37,668 bases of DNA, taken from Candidatus Thorarchaeota archaeon. GTDB taxonomy: Archaea > Asgardarchaeota > Thorarchaeia > Thorarchaeales > Thorarchaeaceae. The notes beneath the pieces were generated by a model, which was not told the origin of the DNA, did no database searches, and was given only the letters and a program-made list of their open reading frames with translations. This document shows positions 1 through 10,252 of this stretch, one piece after another. A program made the position numbers and the translations under genes. The number at the start of each line of letters is the position of its first letter. Position 1 is the first letter of the stretch. The DNA is taken from NCBI GenBank assembly GCA_016839445.1, contig JAEOUG010000065.1, positions 1 to 37,668 of the forward strand, read 5' to 3'.

Positions 1-3000
1 AGCTTGAACGAGTGACTTGCTGGATCATAGTCATAGAAGCCAGCGATTATCGTCACATCGTACGATGCTGGGTCGATACGAGTCCATGCTCCAGGCAGGA
101 CGCCCTCCCAATAGCCGCTAGTTGAGTTGTACAGAAGCGGAACCTGACTGCCTCGGAATCTGATGTATATCTCACCAGGAATGACCTGACTCTGCAAGAT
201 AGCATCGTTGTTGAAGGTGTCATTCAGGTAAACCTTGATCGGCAGCTCAGAACCTCTACCAATTGTCTTGACAGCTTCAGTTGGCTCTATGGCAACCATT
301 TCGGATGGGAGCGATATGATGACCAATGTCACAGTGGTCGTTGATGGGACATGATTGTCCTTTGTAGCGGTGATAATCAGAACGCGTGTTCCGGCCCCCA
401 AGGCAGTCGTGTCGATGTAAGCCTCGTAGCTCCCAGTACTGCCAATCTCGCCAATGCTGCCACCGAAAGCGCCTGACTGCCATGTGATAGATCCACCAGA
501 CAGCGGGCTTCCATGAAGATCATCAATGAAATTAATCAATACGTGAGCATCAGTGGTCCAGTTCAGCGTGAGGACAGACTCGACTGCGTTCAGGGACGTG
601 CTGATGAGCACTACTCCAAAGGAGGTCGTAAGGCTGGCAGTAGCGTATCCACTTCGAAGTGCGGTTATCCTGATCTGATGTGAACCCACAGTGCGGTCGG
701 ATGTGCTGAATGAGAGGTTGTAGACTCCCGGACTGCCGGTGACTGCAACGAATGTGTATCCGATGGGAACACTCTCGTCTGCTGTGTAGCGAACATTGAT
801 GGTGGCAGCGGTCACGCCGATCTGGGCATGGTCCAAGTCCGTGAAAGTGACCAGTAGCCAGACCACCTGAGATATCTGAGCTGTTGCTGGCTGAGGGGCT
901 CCAGCCTGAAGACTTGTCCATATCTGGTCCACCAAGCCATTCAGAGTAATCATGGTCTTGTTAGCGTAGAACGGAGAGAGCACAGGATTCCACTTGACAG
1001 TTATGTTGAATAGATACGTGCCAGTGCCTGAGCTCAGCCAGTTGGTATCGACTGTTATTGTGTATACGCCAAGGGCTTCAGCTAGCCAGTATGATTCTCC
1101 CAAGGTGAGCGTGTCGTTCCTGCAGCTGAACACTATGATTGCACCCGATACTGGAGCGTCTGTGTCAACGTCAGTAACAGTGATAGTGATGGTCAGAATA
1201 TCACCCTTCGGAGTGCGCTCGATCTGATCGGGCTCAACGAACATGGTCCTCTTCACTACAGAGAATCTGATTGTTGTGCTGTGGTCTGAGTAGTACGGAG
1301 AAGTGCCTCCATCCCAATCGACTACGAGCTCCAGCTCCAATCCTGTCTGCGGACTTGAGGTGATTAACGTAGATGGAATGGTCACTACATATGCAGAGCC
1401 ACTTGGAGTGACAGTGTATCCTCCCACAATCTGTGTTCCATTTGTGAAGTAGAGGAGTACGTTCGCCTGGGTTATGCTTGTGATCGGAGCGTCTGAATCA
1501 AGATCCGTGTAGACGAATGTGAAGACGACATTGTCTAGGTACTTCGTCTGCGAGGGAGGAACTGTGATCTCCAGTGTTGTCTCGCGTTCACGGAGATTCA
1601 CGGTTACGTCAACCGAGGCGCTGACGTAGTACGGCACTCCGCTCCAGGATGCCTGCACAAAGATGATGTGCGTCCCGAGGCCGCTGAGAATGTCAGTTTC
1701 AAGTTGAATCGAGTAGAACCCGCCTGCACTAGGAGTAAGTGTGTAGTCAACTCCCAGAGTCAACGGATTCGAGTTGTACTCAAGGTAGATTGTTGCCCCA
1801 TCAATGCCGGCATCGCCATCATCGTCATCCGTGTATTGCAACACAAAGGTGGCATCGAATCCATAGGGTGTTGTTTCCGAACTTGTATCAATGCTGAGCG
1901 TTGATTCTCTCTGACGGAATCGGAACTCGATGATGAGATCATCTGATGCGTAGAACGGCGATATGGTGTCGTAGCTCATCCTGAGCTGCATCGTGTAGAA
2001 GATGTTGACATTGTATCCTTGGTTCCATGTCTCCACTGTCAGGACATAGTAGCCAAAGGTTGGCTTCCATTCAATCGTGTAGTACCATGTGCCAGGAGTC
2101 ACTATTTCGAACGTAACGGGATAGCCTTCCGCTGATTCATTTGATATGTCCATCGAAGTGAACAAATCTTGGTAATAGAGAATTACTTCCATTGATGCAT
2201 TGTGGGGGATCCTAGAGATGGGCTCTGAGGAGAGCAAAGTTATCCTTTGCCTGACGTTGAAGTTCCTTGTCGCAGAAACGTCGAGAATATAGAACAGGCC
2301 TCTGCTCATCTCGACTCTCAATGCGTAGGTTCCAGGGGAGGCTACGAAGGTCGTGTTCAGAGTCACCTCATAGACACCGGGTGCAACTTCCATCCAGCTG
2401 TACTTGCCTCCATCGACGGGCGTTGCGCCAAGGAAGAGCTCCAGAGAGGCGCCAGTGATCCCGACGCTGGACCCACCCGTGACATCGGTCCAGGTCACAT
2501 TGAAGACAACCTCATCCAGATACTGCGTCGGTGCCGGAGCGAGGTACTCCAAGGATGTCTGTCTGGCAAGCACAGTCAGATAGACGGTCCTTCCGGTCCT
2601 GTTGGCGTAGAAGGGAACTCCATCCCACTTCACACTGAAGGTCATTGCCTTCGCCCCCAGAGAAACGAATTGGCTCGTGTCTATGTAGATAGTGAAAGTA
2701 CCGCCGGTTTCGCTGTAAGTGAACGCCACGCTCATCTCGATGATCAGATTCGGGTCATCACCGATGTAGGTTCCAGGGCCCGCAACGAGGTCCTCCCACG
2801 TGAAGGTGAATTGAGCGGTCTCGTTCCAGCTTGTTGCCGATGGCGGTGAGATTGACAGTAGTGTCTCCCTAGAGAGCACTCTGACAGTGATTGTATCTGT
2901 TCTGTTGCTGTAGAAGGGCGCTACTCCCTTAGACCAATTGACATAGACGTTCATGTAGATGTTGCCGATGCGGTCGAAAATGTTCGTGTTGAAACTGATG

Positions 3001-6000
3001 GAGTAGTTGCCAGGCTGAGTCGCAGAGAGATCTCCGATTGTGACCAATCCAAGGTCCACCGACTCGGTCGGGAACGCAACATAGACGAAAACATCGCCTG
3101 TAAGGTTAGTGATCCCCACGCCGCTATCGCTGAAGAAGAATACATAGCTCATGCCCTCTCCATAGGCTGTCGGATCTGATGCCACCAGAAGCGTGAGAGC
3201 AGACTCTCTTCCAATGACGTTGGCTGTGGTGACGAAGCTCTTGTCCTGATAGATTGCTACGACACCCGTCCAGTCGGCATATACTGTGAAGCTCTGGAGA
3301 CCGAGCCCAAACTGGTCGGCGTCAACGTAGATGAGATAGAACCCGTCGCCAGTACCATCATCGTAGGTGAAGGTCGACACAACTAGACCGGACGCATTGT
3401 GTACGTACAGGTCAACCTGCCCCGACCGGATGCCTACAGCGCTGTCCAGATCTCCGTAGTAGACGGATATCACGAAGGTGCCGATTGTGCTCACAGGCTC
3501 GATGGAACTGACCAGCCTGAAGTCTGTGCTGTGGGTTCGTATGGTCACAGTGATGGTGAAGGTTGCGGTCTTGTAGTTCGTTCCCTTAGAGAAGGTGAAG
3601 TAGTAGACCTGATTCTGGGAGATAGTGTCGGAGAGAGATGTATGGAAGGTTATCTGGTACTGCTGTGAACCAGGTAAGTACACAACAGAGAAGTTGCCCC
3701 AATCTGACACAACCTGCGTGTAAGGCGTCGTCGTGTTGTCAATGGGCACCAACCTGTCGAGGTCCGTGAAGTCCACCAGGAAGGTCGGCGAGTTGCCTAT
3801 AGGAATACTGAGAGACCCAACAGATGGTACTGCTGAGGTGTAGGCCTCTCTCACTACGATTCGGAACTCGAGTTCCTTTGACTCATGGTTGGCCTTGCTC
3901 GCTCTAAGGGTGATGTAGTAGGTGCCCTTCGCGAAGCCAGTCACATCGATCCAGACGCTATAGAGCCCTCCACCTATGTTGGTGGTGTTGATGATCCAAG
4001 AGGGGTGGTCCGGTGATGTTATTGTGGCACTATCAATCCCCGCACTGCTGTACGCTTCTGTGTAGTTCAGGATGATTTCCAGATTCAGATTGTATGGCGT
4101 AGTAACCTGCGGGAAGTTGGGCGAGGACAGGAAGGTGGCGATTTCAGTATACCTGAACCTAATCACAATCGTCGCGCCATCGTAGATGGAGCTGCTGGAT
4201 GTGAAGACGACAGTGATTTGGTAGTAGCCACCTGTGAAGTACGAGGTGTCGATGGTGAGACCATAGCGACCGATTGCCTGCTCAGTAGTATCAATGGCGA
4301 TGGCGTATCCTGCCACAGAGAACTCTCCAGATGATCGACCAATGACTGGATTGCCGTAGTTCGGTCCCTGCTCACTCACATTGAGGCGGAGGTCGATGGT
4401 GAAGTCCACCCCAATGGCGAAGTAGAGGCTGGCGGGATCGTGGTACATCATGACATCCATCGAACGTATCGTGACGACGAACTGGTGGTTAGATGGGTCC
4501 TGATAGACGGTGCTGTCAAGGTCAACAACAAGCGTGACTGTGTAGGAATTCACTCCCCAGGTGCTGGTGTCAAGAATCACGTTCAAGCTTGATAGAGAGG
4601 ACTCCACTTGCGAGCCGCTCGGGGGCCAAGTGAATGTCAGAGAAATGACATCGGTGTAGGCAACAGTGCCTCCTGTGTCAAGGTCCGTGATGACCACTGT
4701 TATTGGAGTAGTGTTGCCATAGGGTTGAGTAACGACCCCAATGACATTAACAGAAGTCCTGTGTGCCCTTATTGTGACGTCAAACTGGTAGTCGTCAGGC
4801 TGATAGTAGTCCGTGCTGGAGATCGTGACTCTGAGCGTCACCGTGTATACGCCAATATCCCATGTGTTGGTGGTCAGAGTCATATCATACGTGAAGAGGA
4901 AGCTCTTGATCTCCTGACCCTCTGAGGACGTGAAGTTGAAGGATGCAACGTCACCGATGTCGACGATAGTGCCTGTGTCGAGATCCAGCAGCACAACATG
5001 CAGAGGAACATTGTCGCCATAGGGAATTGTCATGGCGCCTGATACAGATATTGCGGTGTAGTGCTCTCTGATTACGACTGTAATGTCAACCGTCGCGGTG
5101 TTCATGTAGTCTGCAGACTTGGTTGCCTTCAGAGTGAAGACATGGTCACCGATGGACAGGCTAGCCGTATCGATGGATATGTAATATAGTCCGCCACCCT
5201 CCGAAACCACGTTGACTGGTGAGTCATCCCCGAAGGTTATGGTCGCTCCTTCTATCGGAGAGCCTGTATATGCGTCTGTGAACTCTAAGGTGGCTGTGAA
5301 GTCTTGTCCAACAGGAGTCGTTGACGCGTCGGTGTAGTCCAGATCGGTTTCATGGAAGAGATCGATCCAGAAGTGCTCTGTGGCGTCGTTGTAGTAGGTA
5401 TGAGTTGAGTCTACCTCAACTCTCCACCTCTTAGCGTCGCCAAGGTCGTTTGTGTCAAGCACTGCGCCGTATCTGCCACTTCCATAGTCGTCGAGGGTGA
5501 TGGTCGAAGGAGTGGTCCAGTTGATGGTAACAGTGGCTCCCGTGACGCCCGATGATGTGATGGAATCTCGGAGCTGATACTCAAGTATCACGGAGTCGCC
5601 AGCATTCTTGACAGTAATCCTATCGCCAATCGCATCGGTAGGCTTGTTCAGTGTCAAAGCAGAGTCATGCTTGACTATGAAGGTGCGCTCAAAGAGACCG
5701 GTCTTGTTTGTGACAAAGGTGCCTGAGTCATTGTAGTGCGCTGTGACGGTCCAGAGACCTGCTGGAGCGCTGGAGAGTGCCGTCGTTTCGACTGAGTGGT
5801 CGGGCGAGGTTGCCTGCACCTCCGAACCGGGAGCTGCAAAGGTGTCTGCGTCAGCTTGATTGTAGTACTCAGTTCGGTACCAACCTGCTGATCGACCAGA
5901 TTCAGTGGATATCCTTATCTCATCCAGTCGACCTGGGAACCATCCAGTACTACCGGGAAACTGGTCATCTGCATCTCCGCCTCCAATCCCCCAGTCAGCT

Positions 6001-9000
6001 GTGAACCCAAGGCTAGCCCATGATGCGGACCCAACAGATCCCGAGTCTGTTACGTCGTTTCCTTGGATGTAGATCTTGTTGTTAGAGGGTGTGCTGGAGT
6101 CAAGGACACAAGCAAAGTGATACCAGCCGGGGTTCCAAGAGTTGATTGTTGTCCACTTGTACATCGGATCACCGGGCCCACTCTCCACCTTGAAGACAAG
6201 TGTACCATTCGGAACAGATTGACTATAGTCCCCACCGACCAGAGCGATGTGCATGTCATAGTCGCCGCTGATGTACTTCTCCATTATGAGATAGGAGGTC
6301 GGCGACGAGGTTGAGAAGGAAGTGGCGAGCCTGAACCATCCAGATATCACCAAGTCACCATCTGGGTTCAGTGTGTCAGGAGCGAGAATCTGATCATTGA
6401 CACCGTCAAACTCCTGTCCAAAACCTGCCCTACCTGCGGCCTCCACGTTCCCGTATTGAACTGCATCATATTCGTTTCCGGAGGAGTCATAGTGTATGGC
6501 ACCAGAGGCTTCGTTCACGACGTCTTCGCCCAAGTGATAGACGGCCTCGTATCCGTTAGCCGACCAGATTGCCTCGGGATTCTCAAGGTTGTCTACGACA
6601 TCACTACCGTAGTACATTGTGATCGTGTTGACTTGACCATCGGTAAGGTTGGCTAGGACCCATGCAACAATCCGCGCTTCGGTTAACGTGTAGTCCTGAT
6701 TGAAGTACTCAATCTCATGAGGCAAAATGCCACTACCCATTGCGAACATGATATCTGAGCCGTCAGATCGTACCTTGGCAGAGTTGTGCAGATCAGTATC
6801 GGTGAAGTCCACCAACACCGGGAAGTTCTCTAGATCATCAAGTACCAGCGCGTCTGGTATTGTCAGAGTCTTGTGATACCTGAAGGCAGGGAACTTGTGA
6901 CTTGGATTGGTAGAGGTCGTGTTTGAACTCTGATACCAGATGGACCCCGTGGGGTCGGTCAGAGTGAAGCCCACAGATGCACCGAAGTACGTAGGAGTTG
7001 TTGCGAGGAACTTCATCTCGTCCCCAATGTTGAACGTGGCAGTGTCACCCAGAGCTTGCCCTGATATCCCCATTTGCAGATTCTCGACGTAGTTCTTGCT
7101 GATGAACTTGACAGTCCACATGCCCCAGAAGTCAATCGATGACCTGTTTATCGTGAGGTAGCCGCCACTGTACCACCAGTCTGTTCCAAGAGATTTGGGC
7201 TGGTTGTAGGGATTCAGCACTGCAGTGGGCTTCCACTCCGCCAAGGGATACTCAACGGTGAAGCCCATGTTGGTAACGCCTTCAGGAGGTGAAACCATCA
7301 CCTTGCCAGTCCAGTTGACGATGGTACTTCCGCTCTCGATGTAGAAGTCAGTGCCTGGATTGAAGTCGCCATCAAGAGTCTGGCCGATGCCTCCTATGTC
7401 CATGGTCACAATGACGTCCATGGTGACTGGGGAGAGTGAACTAGTAGTGAACGAAAGGCTTGTAGTACCTGCATCAGCCCAGGAGTCCACGGCGTCCCTC
7501 TGGGGGCTCACTGAATAGAAGCTTGAGGGATCATTCTGGTTGTTGTACTCAGTGTCAAACCATGATTCAGAGCGCACTAAAGGCGTAAGTCGGACTTCAT
7601 CTATCCTGCCGGCCCAGTAACGGGCATTCAGCAGGTCGTTGTTTCCTATGACGAACATGGCATCGGAATTGTAGATGGATGTACCACTAAACGCCTGATT
7701 GATTACAAGGACTCCGTCAAGATACGCCATGATTGAGCCTCTGGAGGCACTCCAAGACCATGCAATGTGATGCCAAGTGAAGTTTGAGGCGGATGCGACA
7801 CTCGTGTAGCTTCCGCCGGCGCCATTAGGGTCAGTCCAGAGCCTGGTGCACACATGATTGTAGGGATCCATTCGCATAGTCATGATGTGGTATGCAGGAT
7901 CTGTCGATGTCGATTTTGAGAATATCCTGGCATCCTTGTCCTCAGTGCGATAGACCCACGCACTCATAGTGAAGTCGGTCCAGTCATTTGTGTAGATTTG
8001 CCCAACAGAGATCAGGTCATTCGAGCCATCGAAATCCGTTGCATTACCTATCCTTCCAAAGACGAGATCTGAGGAGTCCATTCCTCCATAGGATGTACCG
8101 TCGTGGTTGTTGGACGTACTGTCATACAGGATGGAAGAGGGATCTTCATTCATGTGTTGCACAACCTCATAGTCGCTCCACACTTCGGTAGATGCGAGTG
8201 AATTCGCATATTGACTGCCATAACTCATTGTAATGGTAGTGTCCACAGAACCAGAGAGATCAGGAACCTTGACCCATGCCACGAGGTGTGAGTGCGTTCC
8301 ATTGCCTTTGAAATCGAACATCTCGATTTCGTGGTATAGTGGCTCGCCATCAATCATGAAGAGAATGTCAGATCCATCCGTCTGGACTTGCTCTCTCAGA
8401 TCCGAATCCCAAATATCAACTAGAACTGGAAAGTCGGTGAGGTCTGCCGCTACCTTTGTGTGGTCTATGATTATATCCTTCTCGAATTCGTAGAAGTTGA
8501 TGGTGTCCTCTGGTAGGGGAACCATGTATTCCACAAAGAGACGTGCAAGGTCCGCCCCATCATAACCAGCAGAGCCCTTGATGTTGACCCACCGCTGGTA
8601 GTAGTCAGCATTCGACAGATCAGCCATGAGGCAGATGTAGTTGCCCGCGTTCCAATTGTCACGGCTCACAACATTCTGAAGCAAGCCAGCGATTTCAGGA
8701 GACCTATATCGCGTGTCTGGAGACGTTATCCAGGAGTTGAGGGCCCAATTCACACTTGTCGGCACCCAACTGAAACGGTCTTCTAGAACTGGTAGGCCGG
8801 CAGTGAACGCTGAAACGTCGTCTTCGTCTGCAACGTAGAGGCGCATGGCATAGAGGCGAGTCCCCGATGCACCCTGTGCTTCCATCTCGACCCATGCACT
8901 AGTTATGATTGCGCCCTGAGGTATGTCAACAGGAAACTGAAGTCCAAGCTGGAAGAGACCATCTGTGTACCATCCACTCGAGGAGTACATCCCCACTTCA

Positions 9001-10073
9001 ATGGCGCCATCGTTGCTGTATCCATCTAAATCGATTCCAGCGCCGCTCGTCTGATCGTAGCAATCTCTGTTCGCATCGTCAGGAACGTATGGATAGATGC
9101 TGTAGGATTCAGACCCCACGATAGCAGTGCCGTTTGCCCTTAGGTCAATCTGCTCGGGGAATGGTCGAACAGTGAAGTCGACCACTATATCGTCGACTCT
9201 ACCATAGACGCTATTTGCTGACGAGGTTCCCGTCAGGTCTGTGGCAATTCCAATCTTGAATTGGGTCACATGCTCGTCGAGGTTCTCCATGGAAGAAGCG
9301 GGGATAGAGATGGAAGCACTCAGCCAGGTGTTCTGCGTGTCCCCGGACTCAAAGACGTGGAACTTGTAGTAGTAGCCGCCAATCTCAACGAAGAGATGCA
9401 ACTGGTCGTTCATGGACGTAGCTGATACTCTGTACATGAATGAGATATCGGCGGAGTAAACCTCTCTCCAAGGAAGTGACACCATCTGAGAGATGTAAAT
9501 CTCATCACCAGCAGCGTGTGACCAGCTAGAGCTATAGCTTGCATAGAAAAGCGCGCTCCGTCCGGAATACCCGGTGGAGTCGCTGTCAGCCTCGTAGACG
9601 CCATGAATTGGGTGTGGATTGTCAGATGGCACGTCCTTGATGATTGTCCAGCCATCCGGAACATCTACTGTGTCGTCGTTTTCAGAGGTGGAACCAGTAA
9701 CGACGAACTTCTCACTGTGGTAACTGTTGAGATTACCGTTGTCAAGCACATCCTCCATTGTGACACTAAGACCCTGGAGTTCCGCGGCAAGGTTCGTTCC
9801 AGTCCAGCCGTCCGTGAGTGTGACCGAACTTATGCCCGGAGTGCTCGAATCGAAGGTGAGAGTCCCATCATCAGAGAGAATCGTACCGTCCCTGACGACT
9901 CTCAGCGCAGGCCCCGTTCCAGTGCTGGGGTCACCAGCCTTTGCATAGGATTCGTATCCCTGCGGAAGCGGGGGAAGCCCCTCAGTTAGCAGACTAGGAT
10001 CTGCTTCCGGAAGAGCCACTGGCATTAGAAAGACGATAATGAATAGGACGGCTATCGGAACACTCTTTCGCAT
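1..10073 (-). CDS. Giant secreted/surface protein (>3,350 aa, 3' end outside window): signal peptide, DNRLRE-like domain, 2x DUF2341+LamG-like modules, many Ig-like beta-sandwich repeats
   Basis: Manual translation from ATG at 10073 (GAGGAGGA RBS at 10081-10088) gives MRKSVPIAVLFIIVFLMPVALP. The frame was open in every stretch I translated and is still open at position 3 (DVTIIAGFYDYDPASHSFK). Motifs: GLQFPVDIPQGAIITSAWV (~8950); KDIIIDHTKVAADLTDFPVLV...DGSDILF...AWVKVP and WHHIAWSW...GRIDEVR (8490-7530); second copy LENFPVLVDFTD...GRLDEIRIS (6890-5850). Confidence 0.9.
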   Translation of the reverse strand, partial: MRKSVPIAVLFIIVFLMPVALPEADPSLLTEGLPPLPQGYESYAKAGDPSTGTGPALRVVRDGTILSDDGTLTFDSSTPGISSVTLTDGWTGTNLAAELQGLSVTMEDVLDNGNLNSYHSEKFVVTGSTSENDDTVDVPDGWTIIKDVPSDNPHPIHGVYEADSDSTGYSGRSALFYASYSSSWSHAAGDEIYISQMVSLPWREVYSADISFMYRVSATSMNDQLHLFVEIGGYYYKFHVFESGDTQNTWLSASISIPASSMENLDEHVTQFKIGIATDLTGTSSANSVYGRVDDIVVDFTVRPFPEQIDLRANGTAIVGSESYSIYPYVPDDANRDCYDQTSGAGIDLDGYSNDGAIEVGMYSSSGWYTDGLFQLGLQFPVDIPQGAIITSAWVEMEAQGASGTRLYAMRLYVADEDDVSAFTAGLPVLEDRFSWVPTSVNWALNSWITSPDTRYRSPEIAGLLQNVVSRDNWNAGNYICLMADLSNADYYQRWVNIKGSAGYDGADLARLFVEYMVPLPEDTINFYEFEKDIIIDHTKVAADLTDFPVLVDIWDSDLREQVQTDGSDILFMIDGEPLYHEIEMFDFKGNGTHSHLVAWVKVPDLSGSVDTTITMSYGSQYANSLASTEVWSDYEVVQHMNEDPSSILYDSTSNNHDGTSYGGMDSSDLVFGRIGNATDFDGSNDLISVGQIYTNDWTDFTMSAWVYRTEDKDARIFSKSTSTDPAYHIMTMRMDPYNHVCTRLWTDPNGAGGSYTSVASASNFTWHHIAWSWSASRGSIMAYLDGVLVINQAFSGTSIYNSDAMFVIGNNDLLNARYWAGRIDEVRLTPLVRSESWFDTEYNNQNDPSSFYSVSPQRDAVDSWADAGTTSLSFTTSSLSPVTMDVIVTMDIGGIGQTLDGDFNPGTDFYIESGSTIVNWTGKVMVSPPEGVTNMGFTVEYPLAEWKPTAVLNPYNQPKSLGTDWWYSGGYLTINRSSIDFWGMWTVKFISKNYVENLQMGISGQALGDTATFNIGDEMKFLATTPTYFGASVGFTLTDPTGSIWYQSSNTTSTNPSHKFPAFRYHKTLTIPDALVLDDLENFPVLVDFTDTDLHNSAKVRSDGSDIMFAMGSGILPHEIEYFNQDYTLTEARIVAWVLANLTDGQVNTITMYYGSDVVDNLENPEAIWSANGYEAVYHLGEDVVNEASGAIHYDSSGNEYDAVQYGNVEAAGRAGFGQEFDGVNDQILAPDTLNPDGDLVISGWFRLATSFSTSSPTSYLIMEKYISGDYDMHIALVGGDYSQSVPNGTLVFKVESGPGDPMYKWTTINSWNPGWYHFACVLDSSTPSNNKIYIQGNDVTDSGSVGSASWASLGFTADWGIGGGDADDQFPGSTGWFPGRLDEIRISTESGRSAGWYRTEYYNQADADTFAAPGSEVQATSPDHSVETTALSSAPAGLWTVTAHYNDSGTFVTNKTGLFERTFIVKHDSALTLNKPTDAIGDRITVKNAGDSVILEYQLRDSITSSGVTGATVTINWTTPSTITLDDYGSGRYGAVLDTNDLGDAKRWRVEVDSTHTYYNDATEHFWIDLFHETDLDYTDASTTPVGQDFTATLEFTDAYTGSPIEGATITFGDDSPVNVVSEGGGLYYISIDTASLSIGDHVFTLKATKSADYMNTATVDITVVIREHYTAISVSGAMTIPYGDNVPLHVVLLDLDTGTIVDIGDVASFNFTSSEGQEIKSFLFTYDMTLTTNTWDIGVYTVTLRVTISSTDYYQPDDYQFDVTIRAHRTSVNVIGVVTQPYGNTTPITVVITDLDTGGTVAYTDVISLTFTWPPSGSQVESSLSSLNVILDTSTWGVNSYTVTLVVDLDSTVYQDPSNHQFVVTIRSMDVMMYHDPASLYFAIGVDFTIDLRLNVSEQGPNYGNPVIGRSSGEFSVAGYAIAIDTTEQAIGRYGLTIDTSYFTGGYYQITVVFTSSSSIYDGATIVIRFRYTEIATFLSSPNFPQVTTPYNLNLEIILNYTEAYSSAGIDSATITSPDHPSWIINTTNIGGGLYSVWIDVTGFAKGTYYITLRASKANHESKELEFRIVVREAYTSAVPSVGSLSIPIGNSPTFLVDFTDLDRLVPIDNTTTPYTQVVSDWGNFSVVYLPGSQQYQITFHTSLSDTISQNQVYYFTFSKGTNYKTATFTITVTIRTHSTDFRLVSSIEPVSTIGTFVISVYYGDLDSAVGIRSGQVDLYVHNASGLVVSTFTYDDGTGDGFYLIYVDADQFGLGLQSFTVYADWTGVVAIYQDKSFVTTANVIGRESALTLLVASDPTAYGEGMSYVFFFSDSGVGITNLTGDVFVYVAFPTESVDLGLVTIGDLSATQPGNYSISFNTNIFDRIGNIYMNVYVNWSKGVAPFYSNRTDTITVRVLSRETLLSISPPSATSWNETAQFTFTWEDLVAGPGTYIGDDPNLIIEMSVAFTYSETGGTFTIYIDTSQFVSLGAKAMTFSVKWDGVPFYANRTGRTVYLTVLARQTSLEYLAPAPTQYLDEVVFNVTWTDVTGGSSVGITGASLELFLGATPVDGGKYSWMEVAPGVYEVTLNTTFVASPGTYALRVEMSRGLFYILDVSATRNFNVRQRITLLSSEPISRIPHNASMEVILYYQDLFTSMDISNESAEGYPVTFEIVTPGTWYYTIEWKPTFGYYVLTVETWNQGYNVNIFYTMQLRMSYDTISPFYASDDLIIEFRFRQRESTLSIDTSSETTPYGFDATFVLQYTDDDDGDAGIDGATIYLEYNSNPLTLGVDYTLTPSAGGFYSIQLETDILSGLGTHIIFVQASWSGVPYYVSASVDVTVNLRERETTLEITVPPSQTKYLDNVVFTFVYTDLDSDAPITSITQANVLLYFTNGTQIVGGYTVTPSGSAYVVTIPSTLITSSPQTGLELELVVDWDGGTSPYYSDHSTTIRFSVVKRTMFVEPDQIERTPKGDILTITITVTDVDTDAPVSGAIIVFSCRNDTLTLGESYWLAEALGVYTITVDTNWLSSGTGTYLFNITVKWNPVLSPFYANKTMITLNGLVDQIWTSLQAGAPQPATAQISQVVWLLVTFTDLDHAQIGVTAATINVRYTADESVPIGYTFVAVTGSPGVYNLSFSTSDRTVGSHQIRITALRSGYATASLTTSFGVVLISTSLNAVESVLTLNWTTDAHVLINFIDDLHGSPLSGGSITWQSGAFGGSIGEIGSTGSYEAYIDTTALGAGTRVLIITATKDNHVPSTTTVTLVIISLPSEMVAIEPTEAVKTIGRGSELPIKVYLNDTFNNDAILQSQVIPGEIYIRFRGSQVPLLYNSTSGYWEGVLPGAWTRIDPASYDVTIIAGFYDYDPASHSFK

Positions 10074-10252
10074 CTGGTTGTCCTCCTCAGGTCGACCACC
10101 TGATTTCCATACTACACAGTATGTTGTTCGGAGTATCCACTCTCGACTGGCCTTCCAACGCGGACACACATAAGAAGTAATTCGCGACAGACTACTTCTG
10201 TTGAGAAAGAAGACCTTCGATTTTTCGAAGTTGTGTCGCGTAGCCCCTCGAA

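Noticed and set aside
9961-9985. Possible frameshift at the G run near the start of the giant gene
   Set aside because: Careful recount (GGG CTT CCC CCG CTT CCG CAG) keeps the signal peptide in frame with the rest.
277-9989. About 30 short ORFs listed in the first 10 kb
   Set aside because: All are alternative-frame or antisense shadows of the giant minus-strand ORF and have no recognisable motifs.
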